Source of the DNA: a virus
Reading direction: 5' to 3' (one strand)
Virus record (IMG/VR): IMGVR_UViG_3300025280_000026
Span: 1 to 64,000 of that record
Length of the DNA: 64,000 nucleotides
Below the pieces are notes generated by a model. That model was not told where the DNA came from and made no database searches. It saw only the letters and a program-made list of their open reading frames with translations. Position numbers and translations under genes: made by a program. Below are positions 9,979 to 19,984 of the stretch, piece after piece. The first letter of the stretch is position 1; each line of letters begins with the position of its first letter.

Positions 9979-12900
9979 ATGAGGTTTGCTCATATTGCGG
10001 ACACGCACATCCGCAATTTAAAATATCATAAAGAATACCGTGCGGTTTTTCAACAGATGTATAACAAACTTCGTGAGTTAGAAGTTGATTATATAATTCA
10101 TTGTGGCGATATAGCTCATACAAAGACACAGATAAGTCCTGAATTCGTCGATTTATGTAGTGACTTTTTTAGGAATTTGGCTGATATCGCCCCTACATAC
10201 ATAATATTGGGGAATCATGATGGCAACTTAAGAAATTCATATCGTCAAGACGCTTTAACACCGATTGTTAATGCGTTGGATAAACCGAATTTAAAGTTGA
10301 TTAAAAATTCTGGGGAGGTTATACTCAATGACACTTTTACGCTTAATATTTTATCTGTGTTTGATACTGACAATTGGTCGGATCCTTCCGACAGCACCAA
10401 AATCAATATTGCTCTTTATCATGGCTCCGTTTCAAATTGCCAAACTGATGCTGGCTGGGTTATGGAATATGGTGAAAATGACATATCTATTTTCGATCGA
10501 TTTGATTATGCTTTTCTCGGAGATATTCATAAAACAAACCAACAACTTGATAAAGACGGTCGAATCCGATATTGTGGTTCCACTGTACAACAAAATCATG
10601 GCGAAACGAACGACAAAGGTTTTCTTGTATGGGAAATCGAAGACAAAAAAACGTTTACAGTAGAACACCACACATTGGTCAATCCTAAGCCGTTTATAAC
10701 GATTAACCTCACTCCGAAGGGGCGCATACCAAAAGGCACTGAACTTCCCTCTAAGGCACGTTTACGCCTAGTTTCTGACAATGCCTTACCATTAGATACA
10801 ATTAGAAAGGTAATTGACGTGGCAAAGGTCAGATTTAAACCAGAAGCAATAACATATTTGTGCAGATCTGATGGTTTAGGTGGTTTAAATGGTGAAACTA
10901 ATTCTCTAATACAAGAAGACTTACGCGACATCGCGGTCCAGGAAGGTTTAATAGAAAAATATATTAAAGATTATCAGATTGATAGCGATGTATTACAAAA
11001 GGTTTATGATCTAAATAAAAAATATAATACACTGGTTGAAGAAGAAGAGGAAGTCAGTAGAAATGTTAATTGGAAGCTAAAGCGCGTAGAATGGGATAAC
11101 CTTTTTAACTATGGTGAAGGAAATAGTGTTGATTTTTACGATATGAACGGTGTAGTTGGGATATTGGGAAAGAATTTTTCTGGAAAGTCAAGTATCATTG
11201 ATAGTCTCATGTATACGCTTTATAACACAACATCTAAAAATAATCGACGAAATTATAATGTTATCAATCAAAACAAAGATGAGTGCCGCGGCTGTGTACA
11301 AATCGATATTGGCACCAAAACATATAAGATTGAAAGAACTAGTAAAAAATATATTAAGAAATTAAAAGGTAAAGTTACCAACGAAGCAAAAACTGACGTC
11401 GAATTCACTGTACTTGATAATGCAACTGGCGTTGAACAAGAACTAAATGGCACAAGTAGAATTGAGACTGATAAAAACATTAGAAAGATTTTTGGTACCG
11501 TTGAAGATTTTTTAATGACGTCAATGGCCTCTCAGCTTGGATCACTAAATTACATTAGTGAAGGTTCTACCAAGAGAAAAGAGATTCTTGCCAAGTTTCT
11601 TGACTTGGAAATTTTTGATAAAAAGTTCAAAATGGCCAAAGAAGATTCTTCAGATATTAAAGCCATGATACGACGAATGGAAAAACGAGATTTCGTAAAA
11701 GAAGCGAAGGATGCAAGAACTGATTTGGCTAGAAGTGAGGCGGAAACTTCTTTAAAACAGAAAGAATGCAAAAAACTAGCCAATAGTATAAGCAAATTAA
11801 ATGATAATTTAATAGATTGTGATAAATTAATATCTTCCATTCCAGCGGAAATTATTGATATCATTAGAGTAAACGAAAAACTACAAGATTTAATAAATAA
11901 GATCGATATCTTAGAATCTGACAAAGTTAGTTTGGAAACAGACTTAACACAGAAAAAACAATTTTACGATAAGATGGTGGCTTTTGTTGATGATTTTGAC
12001 GTAGAATCTTTACAAGAAAAACAAGATTTAATTAAAAAACACAGAGAAAGTATTATTGCATTCGAATCTGAGATCGAAACGGAGAGCACAAGACTTAGTT
12101 CATTAAAGAAAAAAGTGAAGTTGCTTGACGAAGTTCCTTGCGGAGAAGAATTTTCGCACTGTAAGTTTATTAAGGACGCATATTCAGCAAAGAAAAATGT
12201 CATCCCAGTACAAGATATAATTAACAAACTAAATTCTAGAGCAGGGGAAGTATCTAAAAGTATCAATGAGCTAAATCCAGCGCAACTAGATGATCATTAT
12301 GAAAAATTTCAGAGAATAACAAAGAAAAGGAATGAAACTCTTAATGAAATCAATGGATTAAAGCTCGATATCGAAAAAACAAAGACACATGTTCTTAGGT
12401 TCAACCAAGAAAAAGGTATCTTGGAAACCAAAAAGCAAGAATACGAAGCTAACAAAGAAGCTATTGAAAATTTAGAATCTTTATTACAACAAAAAATGGA
12501 TTTAGAAACAAATATCGGCCAACATAAGAAAGAATATGAAACATGCCAGCAAGAATCTATGGAACTTTATAAACAAAATGGTTTCTTAGAACAAACATTA
12601 GAACAAGTTAACCTTGATGAGCAAGAATATGAAAATTTGAATGCAGAGTTCACAGCTTATGATTTATTCCAGCGATGCATGCATTCTAATGGTATATCTT
12701 ATGGTATTATTAAGAAGCGTTTGCCTTTAATCAACGAAGAAATATCAAAGATCTTAACAAATATTGTTGACTTTGATATATTGTTTGACAATGGCGAAAA
12801 CAAACTTGATATTTTGATCAAACACTCGCGGTTCGATCCACGTCCTATTGAAATGGGATCCGGCGCCGAAAAAACAATATGCGCGATGGCGATCCGCTTG

Positions 12901-13128
12901 GCTCTTTTAAATGTTTCGACTCTTCCAAAAGGTGATATCTTTATTCTTGATGAACCCGGCACAGCTTTGGACGAAGATAACATGGAAGGATTTGTGAGAA
13001 TTCTTGATATGATTAGCACACAATTTAAGACTGTTTTGTTGATCTCACATCTAGATAATCTTAAGGATACGGTCGAACAACAAATTACAATTGACAAAAT
13101 TGATGGTTACGCATACGTAAATCACTAA
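9979..13128 (+). CDS. Fused Mre11/SbcD nuclease - Rad50/SbcC ATPase (T4 gp47-gp46-like)
   Basis: DTH, GD, GNHD, GDIH phosphoesterase motifs; Walker A GKNFSGKS; coiled coil with central PC...C hook-like pair; GSGAE signature; LDEP Walker B; ISH. Confidence 0.92.
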   Translation: MRFAHIADTHIRNLKYHKEYRAVFQQMYNKLRELEVDYIIHCGDIAHTKTQISPEFVDLCSDFFRNLADIAPTYIILGNHDGNLRNSYRQDALTPIVNALDKPNLKLIKNSGEVILNDTFTLNILSVFDTDNWSDPSDSTKINIALYHGSVSNCQTDAGWVMEYGENDISIFDRFDYAFLGDIHKTNQQLDKDGRIRYCGSTVQQNHGETNDKGFLVWEIEDKKTFTVEHHTLVNPKPFITINLTPKGRIPKGTELPSKARLRLVSDNALPLDTIRKVIDVAKVRFKPEAITYLCRSDGLGGLNGETNSLIQEDLRDIAVQEGLIEKYIKDYQIDSDVLQKVYDLNKKYNTLVEEEEEVSRNVNWKLKRVEWDNLFNYGEGNSVDFYDMNGVVGILGKNFSGKSSIIDSLMYTLYNTTSKNNRRNYNVINQNKDECRGCVQIDIGTKTYKIERTSKKYIKKLKGKVTNEAKTDVEFTVLDNATGVEQELNGTSRIETDKNIRKIFGTVEDFLMTSMASQLGSLNYISEGSTKRKEILAKFLDLEIFDKKFKMAKEDSSDIKAMIRRMEKRDFVKEAKDARTDLARSEAETSLKQKECKKLANSISKLNDNLIDCDKLISSIPAEIIDIIRVNEKLQDLINKIDILESDKVSLETDLTQKKQFYDKMVAFVDDFDVESLQEKQDLIKKHRESIIAFESEIETESTRLSSLKKKVKLLDEVPCGEEFSHCKFIKDAYSAKKNVIPVQDIINKLNSRAGEVSKSINELNPAQLDDHYEKFQRITKKRNETLNEINGLKLDIEKTKTHVLRFNQEKGILETKKQEYEANKEAIENLESLLQQKMDLETNIGQHKKEYETCQQESMELYKQNGFLEQTLEQVNLDEQEYENLNAEFTAYDLFQRCMHSNGISYGIIKKRLPLINEEISKILTNIVDFDILFDNGENKLDILIKHSRFDPRPIEMGSGAEKTICAMAIRLALLNVSTLPKGDIFILDEPGTALDEDNMEGFVRILDMISTQFKTVLLISHLDNLKDTVEQQITIDKIDGYAYVNH

Positions 13129-13139
13129 GGAGAATTAAA

Positions 13140-13340
13140 ATGGAAAAAGTAAAAGCGCTTTTAGATAAAATGACAGAAAAGGTTATCAGTCGCAAGTTTC
13201 TTGCATGGGTAACTGCGACAGTATTGGCTGCTTATAATCGCATTGATTCAGAAGATTGGGTTGCAGTAACTGTAATGTATATTGGTTCCGAAGCTCTGGT
13301 TGATTTGGCAGCTCGTTGGAAACACGGCCCAAGCGCGTGA
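13140..13340 (+). CDS. Small two-TM membrane protein, putative holin
   Basis: SRKFLAWVTATVLA...WVAVTVMYIG; 66 aa; AGGAG SD. Confidence 0.5.
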   Translation: MEKVKALLDKMTEKVISRKFLAWVTATVLAAYNRIDSEDWVAVTVMYIGSEALVDLAARWKHGPSA

Positions 13341-13723
13341 CAGTTTTAAAGAAAGCATGGGTTTGGTTTAAAACACATTGGTATTTACCATTGTTGCTTG
13401 TTTTATTGGCCGTTACATACTTTTCAGGAAGAGCAAGAGTAAATAAAGTACTCAAGATGTTTGATGCTTCCAAAAAAAGCTATGAAGATCAGATAAAAGT
13501 AATCAACGAATCTCACGAGCAAGAGCTTAAAAAGCAAGAAGAATTGTATAACACTTATTTGGAAACAATGAAAAGGTTAGAAAGAGAACATAATATAAAT
13601 CTAGATTCTTTGGAAGAAGAGAAGAAGAAAAAGCTTGATGAAATGGTCAAGAAGTATAAAGGAACTCCTGAAGAATTGGCCAAAGATCTAAGTGAAATGT
13701 TTGGAGTTGATAATAAGTCTTAA
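13337..13723 (+). CDS. N-terminal TM + coiled-coil protein, putative i-spanin-like
   Basis: GTG start overlapping the holin TGA (track start 13316); TM helix then charged coiled coil. Confidence 0.45.
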   Translation: MTVLKKAWVWFKTHWYLPLLLVLLAVTYFSGRARVNKVLKMFDASKKSYEDQIKVINESHEQELKKQEELYNTYLETMKRLEREHNINLDSLEEEKKKKLDEMVKKYKGTPEELAKDLSEMFGVDNKS

Positions 13724-13803
13724 TTATGATGGTTAATTTACTATGTATTAGTATAGCAATAAATTTAGTTTTTATTATTTTGCTATATAGGAACAAGAAA
13801 AGT

Positions 13804-14247
13804 ATGGGAAACAGAAGATTAGGATTAGGAAGATTAGAATCGCTTGTGGAACAACTTAAAAGAGAACTAGCTTTAGGAAGCGCTACTTTAGTAGGCTTTA
13901 AAAGGGCAATAGAAGCAAAAACTGATGATTACACGGTTGTAGAAGCAGATAGCGGAAAAGTACTTACAACTGAGGGCACCGCCAAAAATATTGTGTTCAC
14001 ATTGCCAACTCCAACGACTTCATTACAAGGAATGTGGGTTGAATTTATAAATTGTGCTGATTATGAAATGAAGATTACAGGTGATGCGGGTAAAATGATA
14101 CTCCAAGGTAGTATTACTGGTAACTATATTGACATTGATGAGCCCAACCAGCTCATAGGCGCTAATGCATGGGCAATATGTACTGGCACCAAGTGGTTTG
14201 TTCGTGGCAGCGCGATCTCAGTCAGCCATTGGGATTTCAATCAATAG
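13804..14247 (+). CDS. Small beta-rich head fibre/decoration-like protein
   Basis: Probable ATG at 13804 (track start 13726); YTVVEADSG...FTLP motif shared with 31011..31442. Confidence 0.45.
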   Translation: MGNRRLGLGRLESLVEQLKRELALGSATLVGFKRAIEAKTDDYTVVEADSGKVLTTEGTAKNIVFTLPTPTTSLQGMWVEFINCADYEMKITGDAGKMILQGSITGNYIDIDEPNQLIGANAWAICTGTKWFVRGSAISVSHWDFNQ

Positions 14248-14253
14248 TTAATT

Positions 14254-14739
14254 ATGTGGAATAAATTTTTAGCAATATTATTAAGTTTTACTTTAGTTTT
14301 AATACCTTGTGTAGCTTCGGCAGGGGAAACAGATCCTGACGATTCACTAAATATAAATGGTCGTTTAACGTATCTTGGCAAGGGAGAGAAGACACCATAT
14401 GCAGGAATTTTATTTGACATTTCAGCTGCAACAAAGCTTAAAATAGATAAACAATTTATGGTGCTTAAATTTAAGCTTGAAATGGATTTCCTAAGAAAGA
14501 CGCTAACTGCTGAACATTCTTTAGTTTTATCTAAACTTCAGCTTAAGCACGACACGTTACAATCAAGAACTAGTTCCTTATTAAAAATAAAAACTGAAGA
14601 GATAAACCGTTTGCAAGACCTAATTAAGAAAGATACAAGAAGTTATTCGCATTGGTGGTTTGTGGGCGGTATTATAGCAGGATGTTTACTTTCCATTGGT
14701 ATTTATTATGCCGCCTCTGAGATTGGCAAAAATAATTAA
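14254..14739 (+). CDS. Signal peptide + coiled coil + C-terminal TM protein (spanin-like candidate)
   Basis: Sec-like N-terminus ending ASA, coiled coil, WWFVGGIIAG... TM. Confidence 0.4.
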   Translation: MWNKFLAILLSFTLVLIPCVASAGETDPDDSLNINGRLTYLGKGEKTPYAGILFDISAATKLKIDKQFMVLKFKLEMDFLRKTLTAEHSLVLSKLQLKHDTLQSRTSSLLKIKTEEINRLQDLIKKDTRSYSHWWFVGGIIAGCLLSIGIYYAASEIGKNN

Positions 14740-14754
14740 TAAGGAAATACAAAC

Positions 14755-15531
14755 ATGTCTCGTAGTTCGAGAAGATCAGGAACAAGTAACTTATCTTTTC
14801 ATAAGTTAAAGCGCCAGATAAAAAAACACTCTGGCACAGGTTTCGAATTCGTTCTAGAAGATGCAGACGGCACAGAAGTAACAATATCGAAAAATAAAGA
14901 AGTTAAGTATCTTTCTGGCGGTGGCATAAACATTAATTGGACTGATGTCAGTTCCGGATCCGATTCTGATCCTTATGATTTAACTTTAACTATTGATCCA
15001 ACGGATGCAACAGCAGTTAATGTAGCTGCTAGCGATTTAATTTTAATTGCTGATGCGTCAGACAGCAATAATTTGAAAAAGGCAACTCTTGGTTACGCAT
15101 GGGACGGTACCAGTTTTTATGTGAATGGAAAAATTGGTGTTGGTGTTGTCACTCCATCTTATGCTTTAGATTTGCCTAACAATAGTGATGCGACCGGAGC
15201 CGCCAGAGCAAATGCATTTATAACTTATTCTTCACGAAAACTTAAAAAGAACATCAATCGGATACAAGAGCCGCTTAGTATCGTGAAAAACCTTAGAGGT
15301 GTCACTTTCGATTGGAAAGACACCAACAAAAGAGAAATAGGCCTGATAGCAGAAGAAGTAGCGAAAGTTCTTCCAGAGGTTGTTTCTTATCAAGACGCAC
15401 AGCCTGCCGCCCTCGATTACCCAAAAATAACTGCCCTTTTAATAGAATGTGTGAAAGAACAACAAGAAAGAATTGATTCTTTAGAAAAAAAAGTTGTTTC
15501 TTATGTCTCTGAAAACAATAAAGAAAATTAA
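14755..15531 (+). CDS. Short fibre protein with C-terminal intramolecular chaperone (peptidase S74)
   Basis: YSSRKLKKNI...LRGVTFDWK...IGLIAEEV...DY..I..LLIE..KE. Confidence 0.8.
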   Translation: MSRSSRRSGTSNLSFHKLKRQIKKHSGTGFEFVLEDADGTEVTISKNKEVKYLSGGGININWTDVSSGSDSDPYDLTLTIDPTDATAVNVAASDLILIADASDSNNLKKATLGYAWDGTSFYVNGKIGVGVVTPSYALDLPNNSDATGAARANAFITYSSRKLKKNINRIQEPLSIVKNLRGVTFDWKDTNKREIGLIAEEVAKVLPEVVSYQDAQPAALDYPKITALLIECVKEQQERIDSLEKKVVSYVSENNKEN

Positions 15532-15671
15532 GAGAAGCATTTTTATTGTTTTACAGCCTGTTTTTTTAGGTTATCGTACACTATATAGTTTGATGGAGCG
15601 TGGTGGTTAACAATACCACTGCGTCTATCGAAAAATTAAAAAACAACACATAGTTTAGGAGGGAAAAAAAC

Positions 15672-18600
15672 ATGGCTGTTAAAATTTCTGGAGATAATAT
15701 AGGATTGTCGGGCACTGACGACGATTTATTAACCGTAGCAGATCAATTGCTCACCGTTGCAGGTGAGATTTCTGTTACTACATTAGATATTGGGGGAACA
15801 AACGTTTCTGCTACTGCGGCAGAACTCAATTACGTTGATACCACCGCCGGCGTAAGCGCCGCAAGCAAAGCGATCATCTGCGATAGTAATGGTGATTTTG
15901 AGATGCAGGATGGTGATAAAGTTTTTCTTGGTACGGATGCTGACGCGTCTCTTTATCACGATGGTAGCAACTGTTACTTAAAAAATGGGACTGGAGCAAT
16001 GAAAATTGCAGACCAGACTTCTGGCATCGCGGTCTCGATTGGTCACACGACTTCCGAGACAACGGTCAACGACAATCTTACTGTTACTGGTGATCTTACT
16101 GTTAATGGTACAACTACAACAGTGAATAGTACGACAATTGCTATTACTAGTTCGTTTACGTTTGAGGGTTATGCAGACGGTAATGAAACGACGCTTAGGG
16201 CACTCAATCCTGTTGCTGATTCAACAATATACATGGGTGCTCTGGCAACTGGGTCATATTACATGCCGCTGATCGGAGATGCTCCGACGGCCGCCGCGGC
16301 AGCTGTTACTGCTGCTGAATTTGCACTTCTTGATGGTGGTTCTACTGTTGCGACTGTAACAGTTGCAGATGGTGACGGTGTTCTTTTCAACGATGCCGGC
16401 ACTATGAAACATGTCACTGTCCAATCTCTCTCAGCTTACTTCGACGACGAGATCACGGCAATGCCAAACCTTGTACAAACCAGCGCCCTAAACGCTGGCT
16501 CTATTACCTCTGGCTTTGGCAACATTGACAACGGTACTAGTACACTTGATACCGGCGCCGCCACGGTCGCGAGTTTGGTTTGTACTGCTGCTGGTACTTT
16601 CGGTGGTGGTTATGGCTCCACAGGCGCCACAATCTCAACCGCTGGTGTCATTCAAGCAAATGGCAACATTGAAACTGCTGGTAGTTTTGTTATTGGTTCG
16701 GCCGACATGAGTGAAACCGACTTGGAGAAACTTGACGGTATCACGAACGGCACGGCTGCAGCTTCTAAGGCTGTTGTACTTGATGGTAGCAAAAACATTG
16801 CGACCATCGGCACGCTCGGCTGCGGCGCGATCACCTCGACCGGTAACTCGGCAATGGCTCAACTTACCACATCCGGAAGAGTGATTGTTGACGATACAAC
16901 AGCCGCGACTACTACTACTGATGGTTCACTTCAAACCGATGGTGGTTTAAGTGTCGCCGCAGATGCTGTTATTGGTGACGATCTCATGTTGTTATCAGAC
17001 GCGTCAGTGATCCACTTCGGCGCCGCCAAAGATGTGACGATGACGCACGTCTCTGGCTCTGGTGTCACGTTCACGAATACGTTAGGTGCTGACACCGCTC
17101 TTGGAGCCAAGCCTATGGTTTTGGAATTGGCTACTAAAGAATTGGTGATTACGGACGGCGACAAGGTTGGCGCAATCAACTTTAAAGCAGCTGCTGAAAG
17201 CAGTGGGACTGACGCTATTTTGGTTTGTGCTGGAATCGAAGCCGTTGCTGCTGACACTTTTGCAGCTGACAACAACGCAACGAGCTTGGTTTTTAAAACT
17301 GCTGCTAGCGAGGCCGCGGCCGGAAAGGTTATGATCCATCCTAATGGACACTTAATGCCTTATTCTGATGACCTTTGTGCTCTTGGTCAGTCGAATAACA
17401 ACTGGGCAGATCTTTACTTAGCTGATTCCGCTGTCGCTAACTTTGGCGATGATCAAGATGTTACGTTAACTCATGTTCACAATACTGGCCTTCTTTTGAA
17501 TTCCACAAACAGGATTCAATTCAATGACTCGACGCAATATATTGGTGCAGTTGACGATGCAGCGAATCTTACTATTGCTGCTACAACTGATGTCAATATC
17601 GAAGCCACTACTCTTGATTGTAATGCTGCGCTGGACGTCTCTGGTGTTGCAACCTTAGCAAGTCTTGTTTGCACAGCAGCTGCAACCTTTGGTGGTGGTC
17701 TTGGCGCGTCCGGCGCAACCATAACTACTAACGGCGCAATTTCTGCTGATGGAAGAATCATAACAGATGATACAACAGCCGCCACTAGCACGACTGATGG
17801 TTCGCTTCAAACTGACGGTGGCTTGAGCGTTGCTTTAGACGCCGTGGTTGGTGATGACCTTATCCTATTATCGGATTCATCCGTAATTCACCTTGGCGCC
17901 GCCAAAGATATAACAATGACGCACGTCTCTGGCTCTGGTGTCACGTTCACGAATACGTTAGGCGCTGACACCGCTCTTGGAGCCAAACCTATGGTTTTGG
18001 AATTGGCTACTAAAGAATTGGTAATCGCTGCCGGCGACAAAATCGGTGCAATCAACTTTAAAGCAGCTGCTGAAAGCAGTGGGACTGACGCTATTCTGGT
18101 TTGTGCTGGAATTGAAGCTGTTTCAGAAGGCACTTTTGCTTCTGATAACAATGCAGCGGGTTTGGTTTTCAAAACCGGTGCTAGCGAAGCCGCAGCCGGA
18201 AAAGTTACGATTACTTCCGCAGGACATTTGCAACCCTATTCCAATAATCTTTGTGGATTAGGAACTACATCTTACAAGTGGGCAGATTTGTTCTTGGCTA
18301 GTGGGAGTGTTATCAACTTTAACAGTGGTAATGTCACAATGACGCATTCCGCAGATACTTTATCGCTCAATGCTGGTGCGTCCATGAAAGCAACTAGTTT
18401 CGTCACATACTCGGATGAAAGGATGAAGGAGAATATCAACACTCTTGATAACGCTTTGGATACTGTCTCGAAACTTCGTGGCGTTAGTTACGATTGGAAG
18501 CAAGGTGGCAAGTCTGACATTGGGTTTATTGCTCAAGAAGTTCAGAAAGTTGTACCATCTCTTGTTCACGGTAGTGAAAAAGACGGTTATGCTATGGACT

Positions 18601-18695
18601 ATCCAAGTATGAATGCTATTATTGTCGAAGCTATGAAACAACAACAAGTTCAAATAAATGATTTGAAAAAAGTTATTGAATCGCTTAGAAAGTAA
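15672..18695 (+). CDS. Long tail fibre with internal repeats and S74 chaperone
   Basis: Gly/Ala/Thr-rich; NLTVTGDLTVNGTTTTVNSTT fibre motif; SDERMKENI...LRGVSYDWK...GFIAQEV. Confidence 0.85.
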   Translation: MAVKISGDNIGLSGTDDDLLTVADQLLTVAGEISVTTLDIGGTNVSATAAELNYVDTTAGVSAASKAIICDSNGDFEMQDGDKVFLGTDADASLYHDGSNCYLKNGTGAMKIADQTSGIAVSIGHTTSETTVNDNLTVTGDLTVNGTTTTVNSTTIAITSSFTFEGYADGNETTLRALNPVADSTIYMGALATGSYYMPLIGDAPTAAAAAVTAAEFALLDGGSTVATVTVADGDGVLFNDAGTMKHVTVQSLSAYFDDEITAMPNLVQTSALNAGSITSGFGNIDNGTSTLDTGAATVASLVCTAAGTFGGGYGSTGATISTAGVIQANGNIETAGSFVIGSADMSETDLEKLDGITNGTAAASKAVVLDGSKNIATIGTLGCGAITSTGNSAMAQLTTSGRVIVDDTTAATTTTDGSLQTDGGLSVAADAVIGDDLMLLSDASVIHFGAAKDVTMTHVSGSGVTFTNTLGADTALGAKPMVLELATKELVITDGDKVGAINFKAAAESSGTDAILVCAGIEAVAADTFAADNNATSLVFKTAASEAAAGKVMIHPNGHLMPYSDDLCALGQSNNNWADLYLADSAVANFGDDQDVTLTHVHNTGLLLNSTNRIQFNDSTQYIGAVDDAANLTIAATTDVNIEATTLDCNAALDVSGVATLASLVCTAAATFGGGLGASGATITTNGAISADGRIITDDTTAATSTTDGSLQTDGGLSVALDAVVGDDLILLSDSSVIHLGAAKDITMTHVSGSGVTFTNTLGADTALGAKPMVLELATKELVIAAGDKIGAINFKAAAESSGTDAILVCAGIEAVSEGTFASDNNAAGLVFKTGASEAAAGKVTITSAGHLQPYSNNLCGLGTTSYKWADLFLASGSVINFNSGNVTMTHSADTLSLNAGASMKATSFVTYSDERMKENINTLDNALDTVSKLRGVSYDWKQGGKSDIGFIAQEVQKVVPSLVHGSEKDGYAMDYPSMNAIIVEAMKQQQVQINDLKKVIESLRK
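16875..18306 (+). repeat. Internal in-frame duplication in tail fibre gene (offset 876 bp)
   Basis: ATGACGCACGTCTCTGGCTCTGGTGTCACG... at both 17040 and 17916; outer limits approximate. Confidence 0.9.
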
Positions 18696-18713
18696 TATTG
18701 TTTAGTGTCTAAT

Positions 18714-18741
18714 GAAAAGGCCGGCAACTGCCGGCCTTTTC
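18714..18741 (+). terminator. Intrinsic terminator, possibly bidirectional
   Basis: GAAAAGGCCGGC-AACT-GCCGGCCTTTTC perfect stem after the fibre gene. Confidence 0.85.
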
Positions 18742-18765
18742 TATTTACTTTAAAGGGGGTGTGAA

Positions 18766-19032
18766 ATGTCATCGAAAAAGAAAAATAGAGGACATATTTT
18801 ATCTGCAATTAGACAAATAGATCCGACCTACGAAATAAAAGACAATGTTTATTATTTGGGCCCAAAAGCTTTTGTCGCTAATTCTGTCGTGCAGTGGCTT
18901 GTTGCTAAAATAGAAAATGGCGAATTGGAAAAAGAAAATGTGAATTTTTATGTTGATGCTATTAACAAATACATTAAAGATGAAGTAAACTTACGGTGGG
19001 ATGAAGGCAATTTAGTGATTGAGGGAAAATGA
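18766..19032 (+). CDS. Hypothetical protein
   Basis: 88 aa ORF with GGGGG SD-like run, coupled to the next gene. Confidence 0.6.
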   Translation: MSSKKKNRGHILSAIRQIDPTYEIKDNVYYLGPKAFVANSVVQWLVAKIENGELEKENVNFYVDAINKYIKDEVNLRWDEGNLVIEGK

Positions 19033-19415
19033 AAGAAAAAGATTGGGACTACATAGCTAAAGTTGAGAAAGCAATTGCTAAGAAATATGGCAAAGAAACC
19101 ATACAAAATCCCAATTCTTCATGGGATGAAGAAAAGGAAAAAGATTACATCAATCAGCTTAAAGAATTGGTCAGAAAAGAAGGACTATCTGAAGAGCAAA
19201 TTGAAAAGGCTGAAATCAATGGTTTTTTAGTTCCTAAAAAACTACTTACTAGAGAAACAAATAGAAAATGTCCTGTATGTGATAATTTTTCATTTAAGAT
19301 TAAAGATGATGTATATATGTTAAAATACGAATGCTGCTTTCAATGTTATATAAACTATGTAGAAGATAGGGAAGAACGGTGGCTTTCTGGTTGGAGACCA
19401 AAAGGAGATAAATAA
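19029..19415 (+). CDS. Hypothetical Zn-finger protein
   Basis: CPVC...CCFQC, WLSGWRP. Confidence 0.65.
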   Translation: MKEKDWDYIAKVEKAIAKKYGKETIQNPNSSWDEEKEKDYINQLKELVRKEGLSEEQIEKAEINGFLVPKKLLTRETNRKCPVCDNFSFKIKDDVYMLKYECCFQCYINYVEDREERWLSGWRPKGDK

Positions 19416-19979
19416 ATGTCACAAGCAAATTTAGACGTCATTCGAGGTGTGGCCCAAGCCGCAGCGAATTCATATGACGGAGCGTTAGACGATAAAGGCG
19501 AGCCAATTAAAATTGGCTTGAAAAGAGAAGAGGGACACCTTATTTTAAATTCTAGAACCGTCGATGGGTTTAAAGTCAGATTTCATGGCGATAAATTGCT
19601 TTGTACTTACCAAAGTGAGATTAAGCTTAAGGATGTTTATAAGGGAAATCTTGAGAATGAAATGGAACAAACAATGGCAGATATTGTTAAACATCTCAAG
19701 AAAGAATATAAAAAAATTACCGGCAACGCCTTGGCTTTAACTCCAGAAGGAGAAGTAGATGTTTTAGTTCAATCAACTTCCAGAGTTAGAGTGTTCGTAA
19801 CTGCTAGCAAGGCTTACAAAGTCGGTGGTCTCGATGGTATAGAAGCTGTTGTCCAGCCTTCTAAAGAAAAACTTGAAACTTCATTTAAAAGTTTTCTTGA
19901 CCAAGGCGGCTGGGGGAAGGCTCCTACGAATAAAGAACAAAAAGGTGGTTGGAAGAAAAACAAGCAAAAGGATGGTTGA
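19416..19979 (+). CDS. Hypothetical protein upstream of terminase
   Basis: 187 aa ORF, AGGAG SD. Confidence 0.65.
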   Translation: MSQANLDVIRGVAQAAANSYDGALDDKGEPIKIGLKREEGHLILNSRTVDGFKVRFHGDKLLCTYQSEIKLKDVYKGNLENEMEQTMADIVKHLKKEYKKITGNALALTPEGEVDVLVQSTSRVRVFVTASKAYKVGGLDGIEAVVQPSKEKLETSFKSFLDQGGWGKAPTNKEQKGGWKKNKQKDG

Positions 19980-19984
19980 TAATC

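Noticed and set aside
17040-18116. Near-identical repeats as a DGR template/variable pair
   Set aside because: Both copies are in-frame in one gene, mismatches are not adenine-specific, and no reverse transcriptase is in the window
19029-19979. Small terminase assignment
   Set aside because: Position fits but there is no recognisable gp16 motif
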